Below, one piece after another: positions 42,773 through 50,994 of a DNA stretch of 64,000 nucleotides; positions within the stretch are counted from its first letter, which is position 1, and each line of letters starts with the position of its first letter. This DNA is from a virus: the IMG/VR virus record IMGVR_UViG_3300044617_002308, positions 7,268-71,267 of that record. One strand, 5' to 3'. Under the pieces are notes generated by a model. It worked only from the letters and a program-made list of their open reading frames with translations, ran no database searches and was not told the DNA's origin. The position numbers were made by a program, and so were the translations under genes.

Positions 42773-43236
42773 CACTCCAGCCCTCCTTTGCGGTTGCGCC
42801 CAGAGGCATTCCATTTTTTTGCCTCCAAAAGTTGAAGTATTGCAATGACATCGGCCACGCCGTGGACGACATGGACGATCCAGCCGTCGTCGCGCATTTT
42901 GTCGTGCCGCTCCAGTTGCTCGGGCCGGGGCTTGCAGCCTTGGGCCTTCACCTCGAAAGCCAGCGCGTGCCCGCGGAAGGCCAAGGTGAAGTCCGGCCAG
43001 CCCTCGGGGAGCAGGCTGCGCTTGTTCATGGGTGGGCAGATGAATTGCAAGCCCCTCATTCGCAGGTAGCCGGCGATTTCCTTCTGCGCGTGCTTCTCGG
43101 TTTTCTTGTTGAGTTCTTGCCGGATTTCCTCGGCGGTTTTCCCGGCGTTCGGGTGGCCCACCGCCTTGGCGTGGGACGCGCGGTCCTCGGGGGACATGCA
43201 GCGCAAGATGTTGTCGGGCAGGACTTCGGATTTCAC
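42772..43236 (-). CDS. VRR-NUC / resolvase-like PD-(D/E)XK nuclease
   Basis: GWPDFTL...AFEVKAQG...PEQ...GWIVHVV. Confidence 0.8.
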   Translation of the reverse strand: MKSEVLPDNILRCMSPEDRASHAKAVGHPNAGKTAEEIRQELNKKTEKHAQKEIAGYLRMRGLQFICPPMNKRSLLPEGWPDFTLAFRGHALAFEVKAQGCKPRPEQLERHDKMRDDGWIVHVVHGVADVIAILQLLEAKKWNASGRNRKGGLE

Positions 43237-43448
43237 TTTTTCCCTTTCTCCTTGGCTTTGCGTTCTGCGGCCTCCTCCTTGAGGATGTCGGCCAAGTGTT
43301 TCATGCGCCAGAGATCAAGCTCCTCCCAGCCGACATCGAGAATTTGCGAGGCCGCGCGGATCGCCGCGAGGCTCTGGAAAATGCGTTCCAGTTGATCTTC
43401 CGCCGCCGAGAGGCGGGACTGGAGTTGTTGGTAGGTTGGTTTTTTCAT
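43233..43448 (-). CDS. Hypothetical protein
   Basis: 71-aa ORF with 4-nt overlaps. Confidence 0.6.
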   Translation of the reverse strand: MKKPTYQQLQSRLSAAEDQLERIFQSLAAIRAASQILDVGWEELDLWRMKHLADILKEEAAERKAKEKGKK

Positions 43449-43750
43449 GCGTATATTCCTGGCACCACGCCGCGTTTTGGGAGTTCAATGGTTTTCGGGA
43501 CTGTGTAGCCGCATTTTGTGCAAACGGCGTTTTCATGGCCAAATATCCAGTTGTGATCGTGTGTTCCTTTTCCGTTTTTGTTTACGGCATTTGAAAGAAA
43601 CCGGCCCTTTCTCTCTTGAATTGCGCCGATACTGCTTGAGCCCGGCAAACTGCCGGATTCTGTTTGTGCGCCAGAATCTGGGCGCATGGCCTTCCAATCC
43701 GAAGCCCAGCCTGTTCCGCCTTTTCGTTTTAACGGGGATGTTTTATTCAT
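43445..43750 (-). CDS. Hypothetical protein with a C-terminal H...CxxC motif
   Basis: ATG 43750; HDHNW...CTKCG. Confidence 0.5.
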   Translation of the reverse strand: MNKTSPLKRKGGTGWASDWKAMRPDSGAQTESGSLPGSSSIGAIQERKGRFLSNAVNKNGKGTHDHNWIFGHENAVCTKCGYTVPKTIELPKRGVVPGIYA

Positions 43751-43881
43751 GGCTTCGCTTCCTGTCCGCACAACGGGCAGAGGTTCAGGTTCGGTTGGGC
43801 GGCTTCGTGCCAGTAGAGGGCGCAGGCCCCGAGGTAGAGCAGCACCAGCATTGCGCCGGCGGCGATGGCGGAGGGTTTCAT
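43747..43881 (-). CDS. Small membrane protein (44 aa)
   Basis: Not in the ORF track: MKPSAIAAGAMLVLLYLGACALYWHEAAQPNLNLCPLCGQEAKP; ATGA overlaps on both sides. Confidence 0.55.
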   Translation of the reverse strand: MKPSAIAAGAMLVLLYLGACALYWHEAAQPNLNLCPLCGQEAKP

Positions 43882-44036
43882 AGTTCGTCAAATTCCTCCC
43901 GGCGCATCATGCGTTCGCGCTCCCGGCGGCGCATGTTTTGCCAGCGAATGCGTTCCTCCCATTTCCCGAGGCTGTAGCTCACAAAGGCGCTGGCCAGCGT
44001 GAGCAAAAGCAGGCCGATGGCGAATGACAGCGTCAT
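43878..44036 (-). CDS. Small membrane protein
   Basis: MTLSFAIGLLLLTLASAFVSYSLG... Confidence 0.6.
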   Translation of the reverse strand: MTLSFAIGLLLLTLASAFVSYSLGKWEERIRWQNMRRRERERMMRREEFDEL

Positions 44037-44338
44037 GGTTGGGCCTCCTTCACGGCGGGCACGGCGGGGTATTCCAGCCAATGGGTGACGGGTTCGTTCA
44101 CGGCGTCGCCGGAAATGAATTTCCACGCGCCGTCGTCGGCCAGGAAGCCGGTCCATTCCTCCCCGCACAGCAGGGCCATGAGGACATTCTTGCCCTCCTC
44201 GGGGAGTTCGTGGCGGGCGTCGCGCCAGCGGCAAATCGCGAGGTGGCTGCCGGACGGGGCGGTAATCGAACCAATCCAGACCGTCTCGCCATGGCCGCGG
44301 ATGAGTTCATCGGGCTTGTCGATAATGGGGTTTGTCAT
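44033..44338 (-). CDS. DUF551-like phage protein
   Basis: WRDARHELPE...VL...VTHWLEYPAVP. Confidence 0.65.
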   Translation of the reverse strand: MTNPIIDKPDELIRGHGETVWIGSITAPSGSHLAICRWRDARHELPEEGKNVLMALLCGEEWTGFLADDGAWKFISGDAVNEPVTHWLEYPAVPAVKEAQP

Positions 44339-44652
44339 TGGGCTCCTTCCCAAACGGCGACGGGCCGTGCGTGGCACTCGGGGCGGGTGCTGTTCACCCA
44401 TTTTCCCGTGCGGCGGATCACTCCGCTGCGGGCCAAGCTCATCATGGTGGCCCCGAGGGCGCGCGGCTCGGGCGGCTGGCCGTCCAGGCGGCTCCACACT
44501 TCGTCGGTGGTAAACTCGCCGCCGCGGCGGGCGAGAGTTTCGACGACATGCCGGAGCGCGGTGCGCCATTCGGGCGGGGTGCTTTTGGCCACTTTGGCCA
44601 CCGCCCGGTCGCGGGCGGCGGTGCTTTGGAAGAGGTCGAGTTGGGCGATCAT
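44335..44652 (-). CDS. Winged-helix-like phage protein with N-terminal QLDLF
   Basis: FTTDEVW...PEPRALGA...GVIRRTG...HARPVAVW. Confidence 0.65.
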   Translation of the reverse strand: MIAQLDLFQSTAARDRAVAKVAKSTPPEWRTALRHVVETLARRGGEFTTDEVWSRLDGQPPEPRALGATMMSLARSGVIRRTGKWVNSTRPECHARPVAVWEGAQ

Positions 44653-44807
44653 GAGCGAACCTCCAATTCTTTTGTGTCGAACTCCCGGTCGCGGACTTGG
44701 CCGTGCAAGCGCACCCAGGCTTTTTTGCCTTCGATGCGTTTCACAACGCCATGCCGACAAGACTGAGGTCGCGGGTGCTTGGTGCGAACGTAGGTTCCAA
44801 CTTTCAT
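44649..44807 (-). CDS. Small SH3-barrel-like protein (52 aa)
   Basis: Not in the ORF track: MKVGTYVRTKHP...GVVKRIEGKKAWVRL...ELEVRS; overlaps on both sides. Confidence 0.55.
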   Translation of the reverse strand: MKVGTYVRTKHPRPQSCRHGVVKRIEGKKAWVRLHGQVRDREFDTKELEVRS

Positions 44808-45088
44808 TTCAGTCCCTCCGGTTGGGCTGCGGCTTCGAGTCGGGTGATCTCGGCTTCGATCGCGGCGAGCCTGCGCCAGTCGGCGCGGGTGTAGGGGTTG
44901 CGCATGTCGAATTCCGCGCGTTGGAATTCGCCATTCGCGAAGTGAATTCGGGTGCCGCCTTCGTAGGCGAATTCATGCCGATGTTCGTGGGTGCTGATGC
45001 CGTTGTAGTGCGTCGTCACTTGTGTGTGCGTGCTGCTGATCAGTTCCATTTTGGGCAGGCTGATCCGGTAGGGCGTCGGGTCTTCCAT
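44804..45088 (-). CDS. Hypothetical protein
   Basis: ATG 45088 preceded by GGA. Confidence 0.55.
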   Translation of the reverse strand: MEDPTPYRISLPKMELISSTHTQVTTHYNGISTHEHRHEFAYEGGTRIHFANGEFQRAEFDMRNPYTRADWRRLAAIEAEITRLEAAAQPEGLK

Positions 45089-45099
45089 GGTGGTTCCTT

Positions 45100-45912
45100 T
45101 CAGGCGGCTTTCGCCCAGCGGGGCAGGGTGATGGTTTCGATTTCCTGCGAGTAACCAGCCCACTCGTTGGTCTTGAGGCAGAGTTCCAGCAGGTCGAGGT
45201 GCCGGTTGTTGCGCTCGCGGCCCAACGCGATCGATTCCTCGTCGAGGCAGTAAACAGCCACCTCGTAAGGGGCGGCCTTCTCCACGGCGATGAAGAGGAA
45301 GTAACTGGCTCCCACCAGGTCCATGTAGAATGCGGCCTGTTGCGCGTAGCCCCATTGAGCGATCGCGCGGGCAAAAGCATCCGGGCTCGCATCGTCGGTG
45401 GTCTTGATGTCCGCGATCGTGGTGAGCCCTTGCTCGTCCACGGTCACGCCATCGAGGCGGCCTTTCAGCAATAGATCGCTGGTGAGGCTGCGGCGCTTGA
45501 ACACGCTCACTTCCTTCTGCGCTCCCGCAAGCACGGCGCTGGCGCGGGGGTGGGCGAGCACCTTCGCCGCGGCTTCGGTGAGCGCGGTGGCTTGGCCTCT
45601 GTCAATGATCGGGGCGGTTTGTGCGTCGCGCCATTCCTTCCCGGCTTTGCTACGGAAGTCCATGTCCTCGGGTTTCACGACGAACGAACCGGCGAGTTTC
45701 TCGGGCTCCAGGCACGCGCGGTGCAGGAGGGTGCCGAAGATCATGGCGGGCGTGGGTTCCTGCTTCGGTCCCGTCACCCGCGCATGGTAGTGCGCGGGCG
45801 AGCGGCCCATGAGTTTGAGGTTGCTGATGTTCACTCCGGGGGCTTGGCGGTAGATGTCCTCCGGCAGGTTGTGGAAGACGCCCTCGGCGTTGGGTTCAAA
45901 GAGGTCGCTCAT
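45100..45912 (-). CDS. RecE/exonuclease VIII-like PD-(D/E)XK exonuclease (DUF3799-like)
   Basis: ISNLK...SPAHY...AMIFGTLLH...LEP...KGRLD...IADIKTT...YAQQAAFY; adjacent to recT. Confidence 0.88.
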   Translation of the reverse strand: MSDLFEPNAEGVFHNLPEDIYRQAPGVNISNLKLMGRSPAHYHARVTGPKQEPTPAMIFGTLLHRACLEPEKLAGSFVVKPEDMDFRSKAGKEWRDAQTAPIIDRGQATALTEAAAKVLAHPRASAVLAGAQKEVSVFKRRSLTSDLLLKGRLDGVTVDEQGLTTIADIKTTDDASPDAFARAIAQWGYAQQAAFYMDLVGASYFLFIAVEKAAPYEVAVYCLDEESIALGRERNNRHLDLLELCLKTNEWAGYSQEIETITLPRWAKAA

Positions 45913-47018
45913 TATTTGGCCTCCTCGATGTTGGCGATGATGTAGTCGATGTCCTTGAGCGCCTCGGCGGCGACATGGTCGGTGAGTTCCGAGAGCGTCG
46001 CGGCCTTCTTGGCGGCGGGGACGATTTTCTTGAGCGCCTTCATGAATTCGGCTTCGGGAACCGAAGCGTCGGAGAGAGCGAGTGCTAAATTTTTTTGCGG
46101 CGTGTCGGCTTCAAAAACCGGAAGCTCGTCTTCGGCGATCGGGGCCGCGGGCTTGCTGGCGCGGGGCGGCGGCGCGGCGCTGGCGCTGGCCTCCGGCGTG
46201 TCCATCGGGATCTCGTCCATTTCCATCTCCAGGGCCGGAGCCGGTGCGGCGGGGCGGGTGAAGACGGGTTTGGCCTGCGCAGCCTTCTCCACCACCATGC
46301 CCTGAATCGCGGGAAGTTGATCGGCGTCCTTGTCCAGCGCGTCGCGATATTCCGAGGAGATCGGGAGCCATTTTGAGAGGCGGCGGAAAACCGTCTTCTT
46401 CGCCATCTCGTCAAAGTCCGTCACCCACGGGCCAGAGTTGCCGGCGCGGCTGCGGTTGCGGATCGCCTCCACTTCCTCCAGCGTCATCACCTCGGCCTTC
46501 TCCGTCCCGTCCTTGAACCGGCAGAGCGCGTAGTAGGCATAGGCACGGCCGCGTGGGCGCTTGAAGTCGATCTGGTGCCGCCCGATCTGCCCGCGGTCGT
46601 AGTCGAAAATGTCGTTCTCGCAGATTTTATCCGCGTGGACATTGCTGATCTCCCCGGTGCGCATGGCCAGTTCCAGCAGGCCCATGTAGCTGATGATGAG
46701 TTGGCACTCGGTCACGCCGCGTTTGCGGTTATCAAACGGAATGAGGTAGGCGCGGCGTCCGTCCGGTTCGATGCCGCACTGCGAGAGCGTGAGGAGCGAG
46801 TTGAAGAAGCTCGCCTGATCGCAGTCCGCCAGCTTCGGCGTGCGCGTCATCGCGGTGATCGCCACGCGAATGAACCGCTCTGCGGGCAAATGTTTCGGCA
46901 AGGCCGCGGTGATGGCGTTCTTGAATTGTTCCCCCTCCAGCAAGCTGCGGAGGCCTTTTTTGGGCTGGCTGTTGACAACCGCCCCGTTTTGGGTAGTGAT
47001 TTCGGTGTTAGGATTCAT
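45912..47018 (-). CDS. recT: RecT-family single-strand annealing protein
   Basis: ALPKHL.AERFIR...AYLIPF...CQLIISYMGL...GPWVTDFDEMAKKTVFRRLSKWLPIS. Confidence 0.93.
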   Translation of the reverse strand: MNPNTEITTQNGAVVNSQPKKGLRSLLEGEQFKNAITAALPKHLPAERFIRVAITAMTRTPKLADCDQASFFNSLLTLSQCGIEPDGRRAYLIPFDNRKRGVTECQLIISYMGLLELAMRTGEISNVHADKICENDIFDYDRGQIGRHQIDFKRPRGRAYAYYALCRFKDGTEKAEVMTLEEVEAIRNRSRAGNSGPWVTDFDEMAKKTVFRRLSKWLPISSEYRDALDKDADQLPAIQGMVVEKAAQAKPVFTRPAAPAPALEMEMDEIPMDTPEASASAAPPPRASKPAAPIAEDELPVFEADTPQKNLALALSDASVPEAEFMKALKKIVPAAKKAATLSELTDHVAAEALKDIDYIIANIEEAK

Positions 47019-47033
47019 ATTCTTCGATAGGAG

Positions 47034-47068
47034 CCCCGCCGGTTTGCCCCGGCGGGGTTTTTGTTTTT
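47034..47068 (+). terminator. Intrinsic terminator-like hairpin, U-tract on the + (antisense) strand
   Basis: GC-rich inverted repeat ccccgccgg...ccggcgggg followed by tttttgttttt. Confidence 0.55.
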
Positions 47069-47081
47069 GGTTGGGTTTTGG

Positions 47082-47258
47082 TTATTCGCCTTGTCGATCG
47101 TCTCGGCAGGGCGAAGTTTCGCGGCTCTTGCGGCCTTCGCAGTAGTCGCGGAATTGTTCGATGATGTAGTTTTGGCCAGCCTCGTAGCCGAGCTTCCAGC
47201 AGGCCCACATGGAGCCAAAGCCCAGAACGGTGAGGGCGATCGCGAATTCGGCGCTCAC
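47082..47258 (-). CDS. Small membrane protein
   Basis: GTG 47258; hydrophobic N-terminus AEFAIALTVLGFGSMWACW. Confidence 0.5.
   Translation of the reverse strand: MSAEFAIALTVLGFGSMWACWKLGYEAGQNYIIEQFRDYCEGRKSRETSPCRDDRQGE
47091..47109 (-). promoter_or_regulatory. 19-bp box upstream of recT
   Basis: + strand ttgtcgatcgtctcggcag. Confidence 0.7.
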
Positions 47259-47479
47259 AGGAGACTGTCCTCCAGCACGCGAATGTCCTTGTTGACTCGG
47301 CAGATTTCCTCGGTGCTTGGAAACATCGGGTGGATGTTGTGTTGCAGGCACAGTTCCGCGCCGTGGACGTTAAAGGCGAACATGCCTTTGAATGCTGGGT
47401 GCAACATTTCCCATTCCACGCGCCGGCCGTTGAAGAACATGAAGGCACCATCCGCGCTCATCGTGCGGCGAGCCTCCAT
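47255..47479 (-). CDS. Hypothetical protein
   Basis: ATG 47479 (MEARRTMSADG...). Confidence 0.5.
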   Translation of the reverse strand: MEARRTMSADGAFMFFNGRRVEWEMLHPAFKGMFAFNVHGAELCLQHNIHPMFPSTEEICRVNKDIRVLEDSLL

Positions 47480-47618
47480 GTGATGACGCCCGCCACCAGC
47501 GCGGGGCCAAATGTCCAACCTGCGTCTAGCGTATAGCCAAGCAGGCGGAGAATTGATTCGGGGTTCATTTGTTTTTACATGGGTGGCCCGCCGCGAGCAC
47601 GGCAGCGGGCTGGTAGAG

Positions 47619-47876
47619 TTAGGCCGTGCCGCCTGGGGTAAACGCCGCCTGCGCTTCTTCAAGAGAAGCGAAGTAGGCTTTGAGACTTTTGAAGTTGACG
47701 ATGCGGGCCGCTTTGCGCATACCCGGTTCCCGAAGAGAAACGCTGCGGACAGGGGCGTTGTAGTTGTTCCGCTTGGAGGGAACACACAGGCGCTCCAGCA
47801 CGCTGCGTTTCAGGCCAGTGTGCGGACACACGCCACGGCTTGGCAGGCGGATGTAGAGGGGTTCGATGTCTTTCAT
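47619..47876 (-). CDS. Excisionase-like DNA-binding protein
   Basis: YIRLP...CPHTGLKRS.L..L...VRSVSLR.PG....RIVNFKSL..YF, a pattern I associate with integrase-linked small DNA-binding proteins of Verrucomicrobiota elements. Confidence 0.6.
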   Translation of the reverse strand: MKDIEPLYIRLPSRGVCPHTGLKRSVLERLCVPSKRNNYNAPVRSVSLREPGMRKAARIVNFKSLKAYFASLEEAQAAFTPGGTA

Positions 47877-48034
47877 TGGCGCAGTTTCGCGTCGGGTGCA
47901 TTGCACCTTTTTGCCAAAAAAAATCGGAGCAGGGCGCTGGGGTTGCTACCAGCTGCGGCAGCGAGTTTTTCAAGTTGCCTTTTCAGGCGACGATCCACGG
48001 CGAAGCTAGCGACGACGGTTGCCTGTTTTTCCAT
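47873..48034 (-). CDS. Ribbon-helix-helix protein
   Basis: VVASFAVDRRLKRQLEKLAAAAGSNPSALLRFFL. Confidence 0.7.
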   Translation of the reverse strand: MEKQATVVASFAVDRRLKRQLEKLAAAAGSNPSALLRFFLAKRCNAPDAKLRQ

Positions 48035-48257
48035 GTGTTGTTTTTTTCCTTTTTTGTTGCTGTTCGATTTCATCGGCGATCGTTCTATAATCTTCCGCCG
48101 TGAGTTCAACATGTTGGAGTTCTTCCATCAAAATTCGGTTCACCAAGCCGGTTGGAGTGATATTTTGAACTTTGGCCTCTTTTTCAATTTGGTGTTTCAA
48201 GGCCCGTTCCAACCGCACCACCAGTTGGGTTTTGTTAATGTCGGGGCTGTTAGGCAT
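48006..48257 (-). CDS. Ribbon-helix-helix (Arc-like) regulator, candidate repressor
   Basis: KTQLVVRLERALKHQIEKEAKVQNITPTGLVNRILMEEL; preceded by a promoter containing an operator. Confidence 0.7.
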   Translation of the reverse strand: MPNSPDINKTQLVVRLERALKHQIEKEAKVQNITPTGLVNRILMEELQHVELTAEDYRTIADEIEQQQKRKKTTHGKTGNRRR

Positions 48258-48263
48258 GGAGGT

Positions 48264-48291
48264 AGAATACAAGGTGCATTGCACCCGTCAA
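48264..48291 (-). promoter_or_regulatory. Sigma70-like promoter with the palindrome GGTGCAATGCACC in its spacer; probably leaderless
   Basis: TTGACG (48291-48286), 16 nt, TATTCT (48269-48264), then ATG 6 nt later. The same palindrome recurs at 47895-47907. Confidence 0.65.
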
Positions 48292-48496
48292 TGGATATTT
48301 GAAAAAAAATTCAATAGGGCGTTCACCTACCAGACAAAAAACTATTGACACCCGCATAAACAAAGGCGCAGCGGGCTAAAAAATATTTTCACCCGCTTAA
48401 ACACTGCATCCGCAGCCCGAATCATTTTGCGTGTCCCGCGTGTCACACTTTTCAACAGCCCGAAAAACCGCATGAATACTGAATCTGCGGGCGTTT

Positions 48497-49093
48497 TCAA
48501 TTTCTATACGAAAAGTGTTTTTTCTGTTTCGCGCGGCGCGCATCGAAGAAAAAATAAATTCCAAGCAGTGCCGTAAGCAGCACCCAATACGGGAAAATTC
48601 CAACCGCCCGCTCGATGGCTGCCGCGATCAAAACAGCCGCGATCGGGAAGTCTTTGGCTTGCGGAATATCTTTCCGGCTGGGTTCAAAGCCCGCCACCTT
48701 GGCCGTCTGCCAATACGCAAAGTAATGAAGCTCGCGATACCAATCGTCTTTCCGCGTTGGCTCGATGTTTTTCGACTCCATGCTACCGATCGGATACACG
48801 CGGCTTTGCTTGTCGTTTCCAAGGGAAACCGCCACATAGCGCGGCTCCATGAACTGCACCGGATGTTGTGCCATGTGATAAACCGGCAGGTAAATAATGA
48901 ACGCCATTAAAATCAGGGTTTCGCTGTCTGCTTCCAAGCGCACAAGCCATGGCAAAGCAAAAATGCAAACCACAGTTCCGACGCCACAAGCCAGCAAGAT
49001 CAAAGGCGCGCTCGGCGTCCAAGGGAACTGCGGGGAGGAAAGCAACTGCCAGGCCGCGATCACCGAACCAGCAAACCAGAGTCGTGTTTTCAT
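48497..49093 (-). CDS. Multi-pass membrane protein (possible moron or superinfection exclusion)
   Basis: Three N-terminal hydrophobic segments and one or two C-terminal ones; lies between attP and the regulators. Confidence 0.6.
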   Translation of the reverse strand: MKTRLWFAGSVIAAWQLLSSPQFPWTPSAPLILLACGVGTVVCIFALPWLVRLEADSETLILMAFIIYLPVYHMAQHPVQFMEPRYVAVSLGNDKQSRVYPIGSMESKNIEPTRKDDWYRELHYFAYWQTAKVAGFEPSRKDIPQAKDFPIAAVLIAAAIERAVGIFPYWVLLTALLGIYFFFDARRAKQKKHFSYRN

Positions 49094-49206
49094 GGAAGGC
49101 AATGGTAGGTTTCAAAAACTTTCCGGGAAGAATTTTGAAAGAAAACTATCCTTCGCCAAGTGCTTTTATTGCTGCTATGTGCAACAGATGCATCAGACGC
49201 CAGAAT

Positions 49207-49380
49207 TGTTGCCAGTCCAAAATAAAAACATTGATAAAACAAATACTTATGTAATGATAAAAGCACCCGTGGGTTCGAATCCCACCCTCTCCGCCATGCC
49301 TCTTCCCTCTAGTGTTGATGCACCAGAAACAATAAAAACACATAAAAAAATAGGTGACTGTTGCCAGTGATGTTGCCAGT
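49207..49380 (+). repeat. Integrase arm-type sites TGTTGCCAGT x3
   Basis: Exact copies at 49207-49216, 49359-49368 and 49371-49380 flank the core; aataaaaaca is also repeated at 49221 and 49331. Confidence 0.75.
49258..49296 (+). other. attP core: 3' portion of a tRNA-Ser gene
   Basis: ...aaaagcacccGTGGGTTCGAATCCCACCCTCTCCGCCA gives the T-arm, acceptor 3' strand, G discriminator and CCA. No 5' half lies upstream. About 90 nt from the integrase start. Confidence 0.85.
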
Positions 49381-49388
49381 ATTTAGGC

Positions 49389-50549
49389 ATGGCTAGCGTA
49401 AGAAAAAAGCGGGCTTCGGCGTATTGGTTTGGATGCTTTGTGATGCCGGACGGGAGGCGGGTGCAACGCTCAACCAAGTCAAAAGACAAAATGGAGGCTC
49501 TTCAAATTGCCCTGACTTGGGAGAAGGCGGCGCGCAAACGGGTGACGGTGGAGCAGTCAAAAAAAGTTGTCGCGAGCATTGTGAAGCTCGTCCACGGCGA
49601 TGTGGTTTCCGAGGAGACGGTGAGAACCTATTTCCTGCGTTGGGTGCAGAGGAAGACGATCGAGGTGGGCAAGAACACGGCGGATCGCTACCAGAACTGC
49701 CTGGATAGTTTTTCGGAATATCTCGGAACCAAAGCGGACGGGCCGCTGGCCGAGGTGCAGGCGACACAGGTGGCGCAGTGGCGGGACGGCTTGGCCAAGA
49801 AGCTGGCGGCGGGAACCGTGAATGTTTATTTGAAAGTGGTGCGCTCGGCGTTCCGCGATGCCCATGCCGAGGGCGCAATCACCGAGTCGCCGGTGGGCGC
49901 GATCAAACTGCTCAAGCGTTCGGTGGCGGAGAAAAGCGCGGCGGCTTCGTCGCGGCGGGCGTTCACTGCGGACGAGTTGAAAAAGACGGCCGCCATCATT
50001 CCCGAGGACTCCGAGTGGCGCGGGATGTTCCTTGCAGGGCTCTACACGGGCCAAAGGCTCTCGGATATTGCCACCATGCAGAAAGGCGAGTTGAAAAGCG
50101 GTTGGTGGCGTTTCCGCGTGAAAAAAACCGGACGCTCGGCTGCGGTGCCGCTTGCGAAGCCGCTTGCAGAGTGGCTCGCCAAACACTCCAAAAAAACGAT
50201 CGGGCCAAATGTTTTTCCTGCGGCGGTGAAAACCTTGGAGCGTTCCAAAGGAACTCCAGGAACATTATCAAACCAGTTTCGCCGGTATTTGGAACTGGCC
50301 GGCGTGGTGGAATATCGCATGCACCGCTCGAAAGGCGTTGGCCGCGACGGCAAGCGCTCCACGGGCGGGCTCTCTTTCCATTGCCTGCGCCACACCACCA
50401 ACTCGCTCCTGAAGGCCGCTGGCGTGCAGGAAAGCGTGGCGATGGACTTCGTAGGCCATGAGAGCGAGCAGATCTCCCGCCTCTACACGCACGTTCCCGA
50501 GGAGTCGCTGCTGGCTGCGGCGAGGAAGCTGGAGGATGTGCTGGGGTGA
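49389..50549 (+). CDS. int: Tyrosine integrase
   Basis: YTGQRLSD, KKTG, FHCLRHT, VGH and RLYTH supply the R-K-H-R-H-Y set; N-terminal arm-binding domain. Confidence 0.95.
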   Translation: MASVRKKRASAYWFGCFVMPDGRRVQRSTKSKDKMEALQIALTWEKAARKRVTVEQSKKVVASIVKLVHGDVVSEETVRTYFLRWVQRKTIEVGKNTADRYQNCLDSFSEYLGTKADGPLAEVQATQVAQWRDGLAKKLAAGTVNVYLKVVRSAFRDAHAEGAITESPVGAIKLLKRSVAEKSAAASSRRAFTADELKKTAAIIPEDSEWRGMFLAGLYTGQRLSDIATMQKGELKSGWWRFRVKKTGRSAAVPLAKPLAEWLAKHSKKTIGPNVFPAAVKTLERSKGTPGTLSNQFRRYLELAGVVEYRMHRSKGVGRDGKRSTGGLSFHCLRHTTNSLLKAAGVQESVAMDFVGHESEQISRLYTHVPEESLLAAARKLEDVLG

Positions 50550-50613
50550 ATGCCCCATCTGTTTTGCCGAAACAATTGTTGTCAATATTTCCGGCTTGCG
50601 CTTTTGTTGCTGC

Positions 50614-50994
50614 ATGAAGAATTCAAAATCCGATTCGGACTACAACCGGGAATGGCGTCTGAGAAATGCGGAATACGATCGTGAGCGCAAACGCCAGTGG
50701 TATTTGGACAACCGGGCGAAGCTGGTTGAAAAGGCCAAGGCCAGACTCTCCAAAGTGCGCCAGCAGGACGGGCCAAAGTATCGGGTGGATACAACCAGAA
50801 GCTATGTGATCGCGGACGGGCGCGTGTATTTCAATTCCAAGCTCGGCTTCTCGGAGGAGGAAATTTTGCAGATCGCGCTCAAAATGCGCCAAGCCGCGCG
50901 GGATGAGGCGAGGCGCTTGATTAGCGAGTCTTCTGTCGGTCGTATCCCAGCACGGCGTCGCGCAAAACAAAAGGCCGGTTCGCCGACAACGTGA
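50614..50994 (+). CDS. Basic hypothetical protein
   Basis: ATG 50614; YNREWRLRN.EYDRERKRQWY..N repeats resemble HNH N-termini but there is no nuclease motif; its 3' end overlaps the nozzle gene convergently. Confidence 0.5.
   Translation: MKNSKSDSDYNREWRLRNAEYDRERKRQWYLDNRAKLVEKAKARLSKVRQQDGPKYRVDTTRSYVIADGRVYFNSKLGFSEEEILQIALKMRQAARDEARRLISESSVGRIPARRRAKQKAGSPTT

Noticed and set aside
49210-49296. Full-length tRNA-Ser gene
   Set aside because: Only the T-arm and 3' acceptor strand are present; the upstream sequence is AT-rich with no GGAGAGG 5' strand or D-arm. Treated as the attP core.
50614-50994. HNH homing endonuclease
   Set aside because: It has the basic N-terminal repeats but no HNH or Cys motifs.
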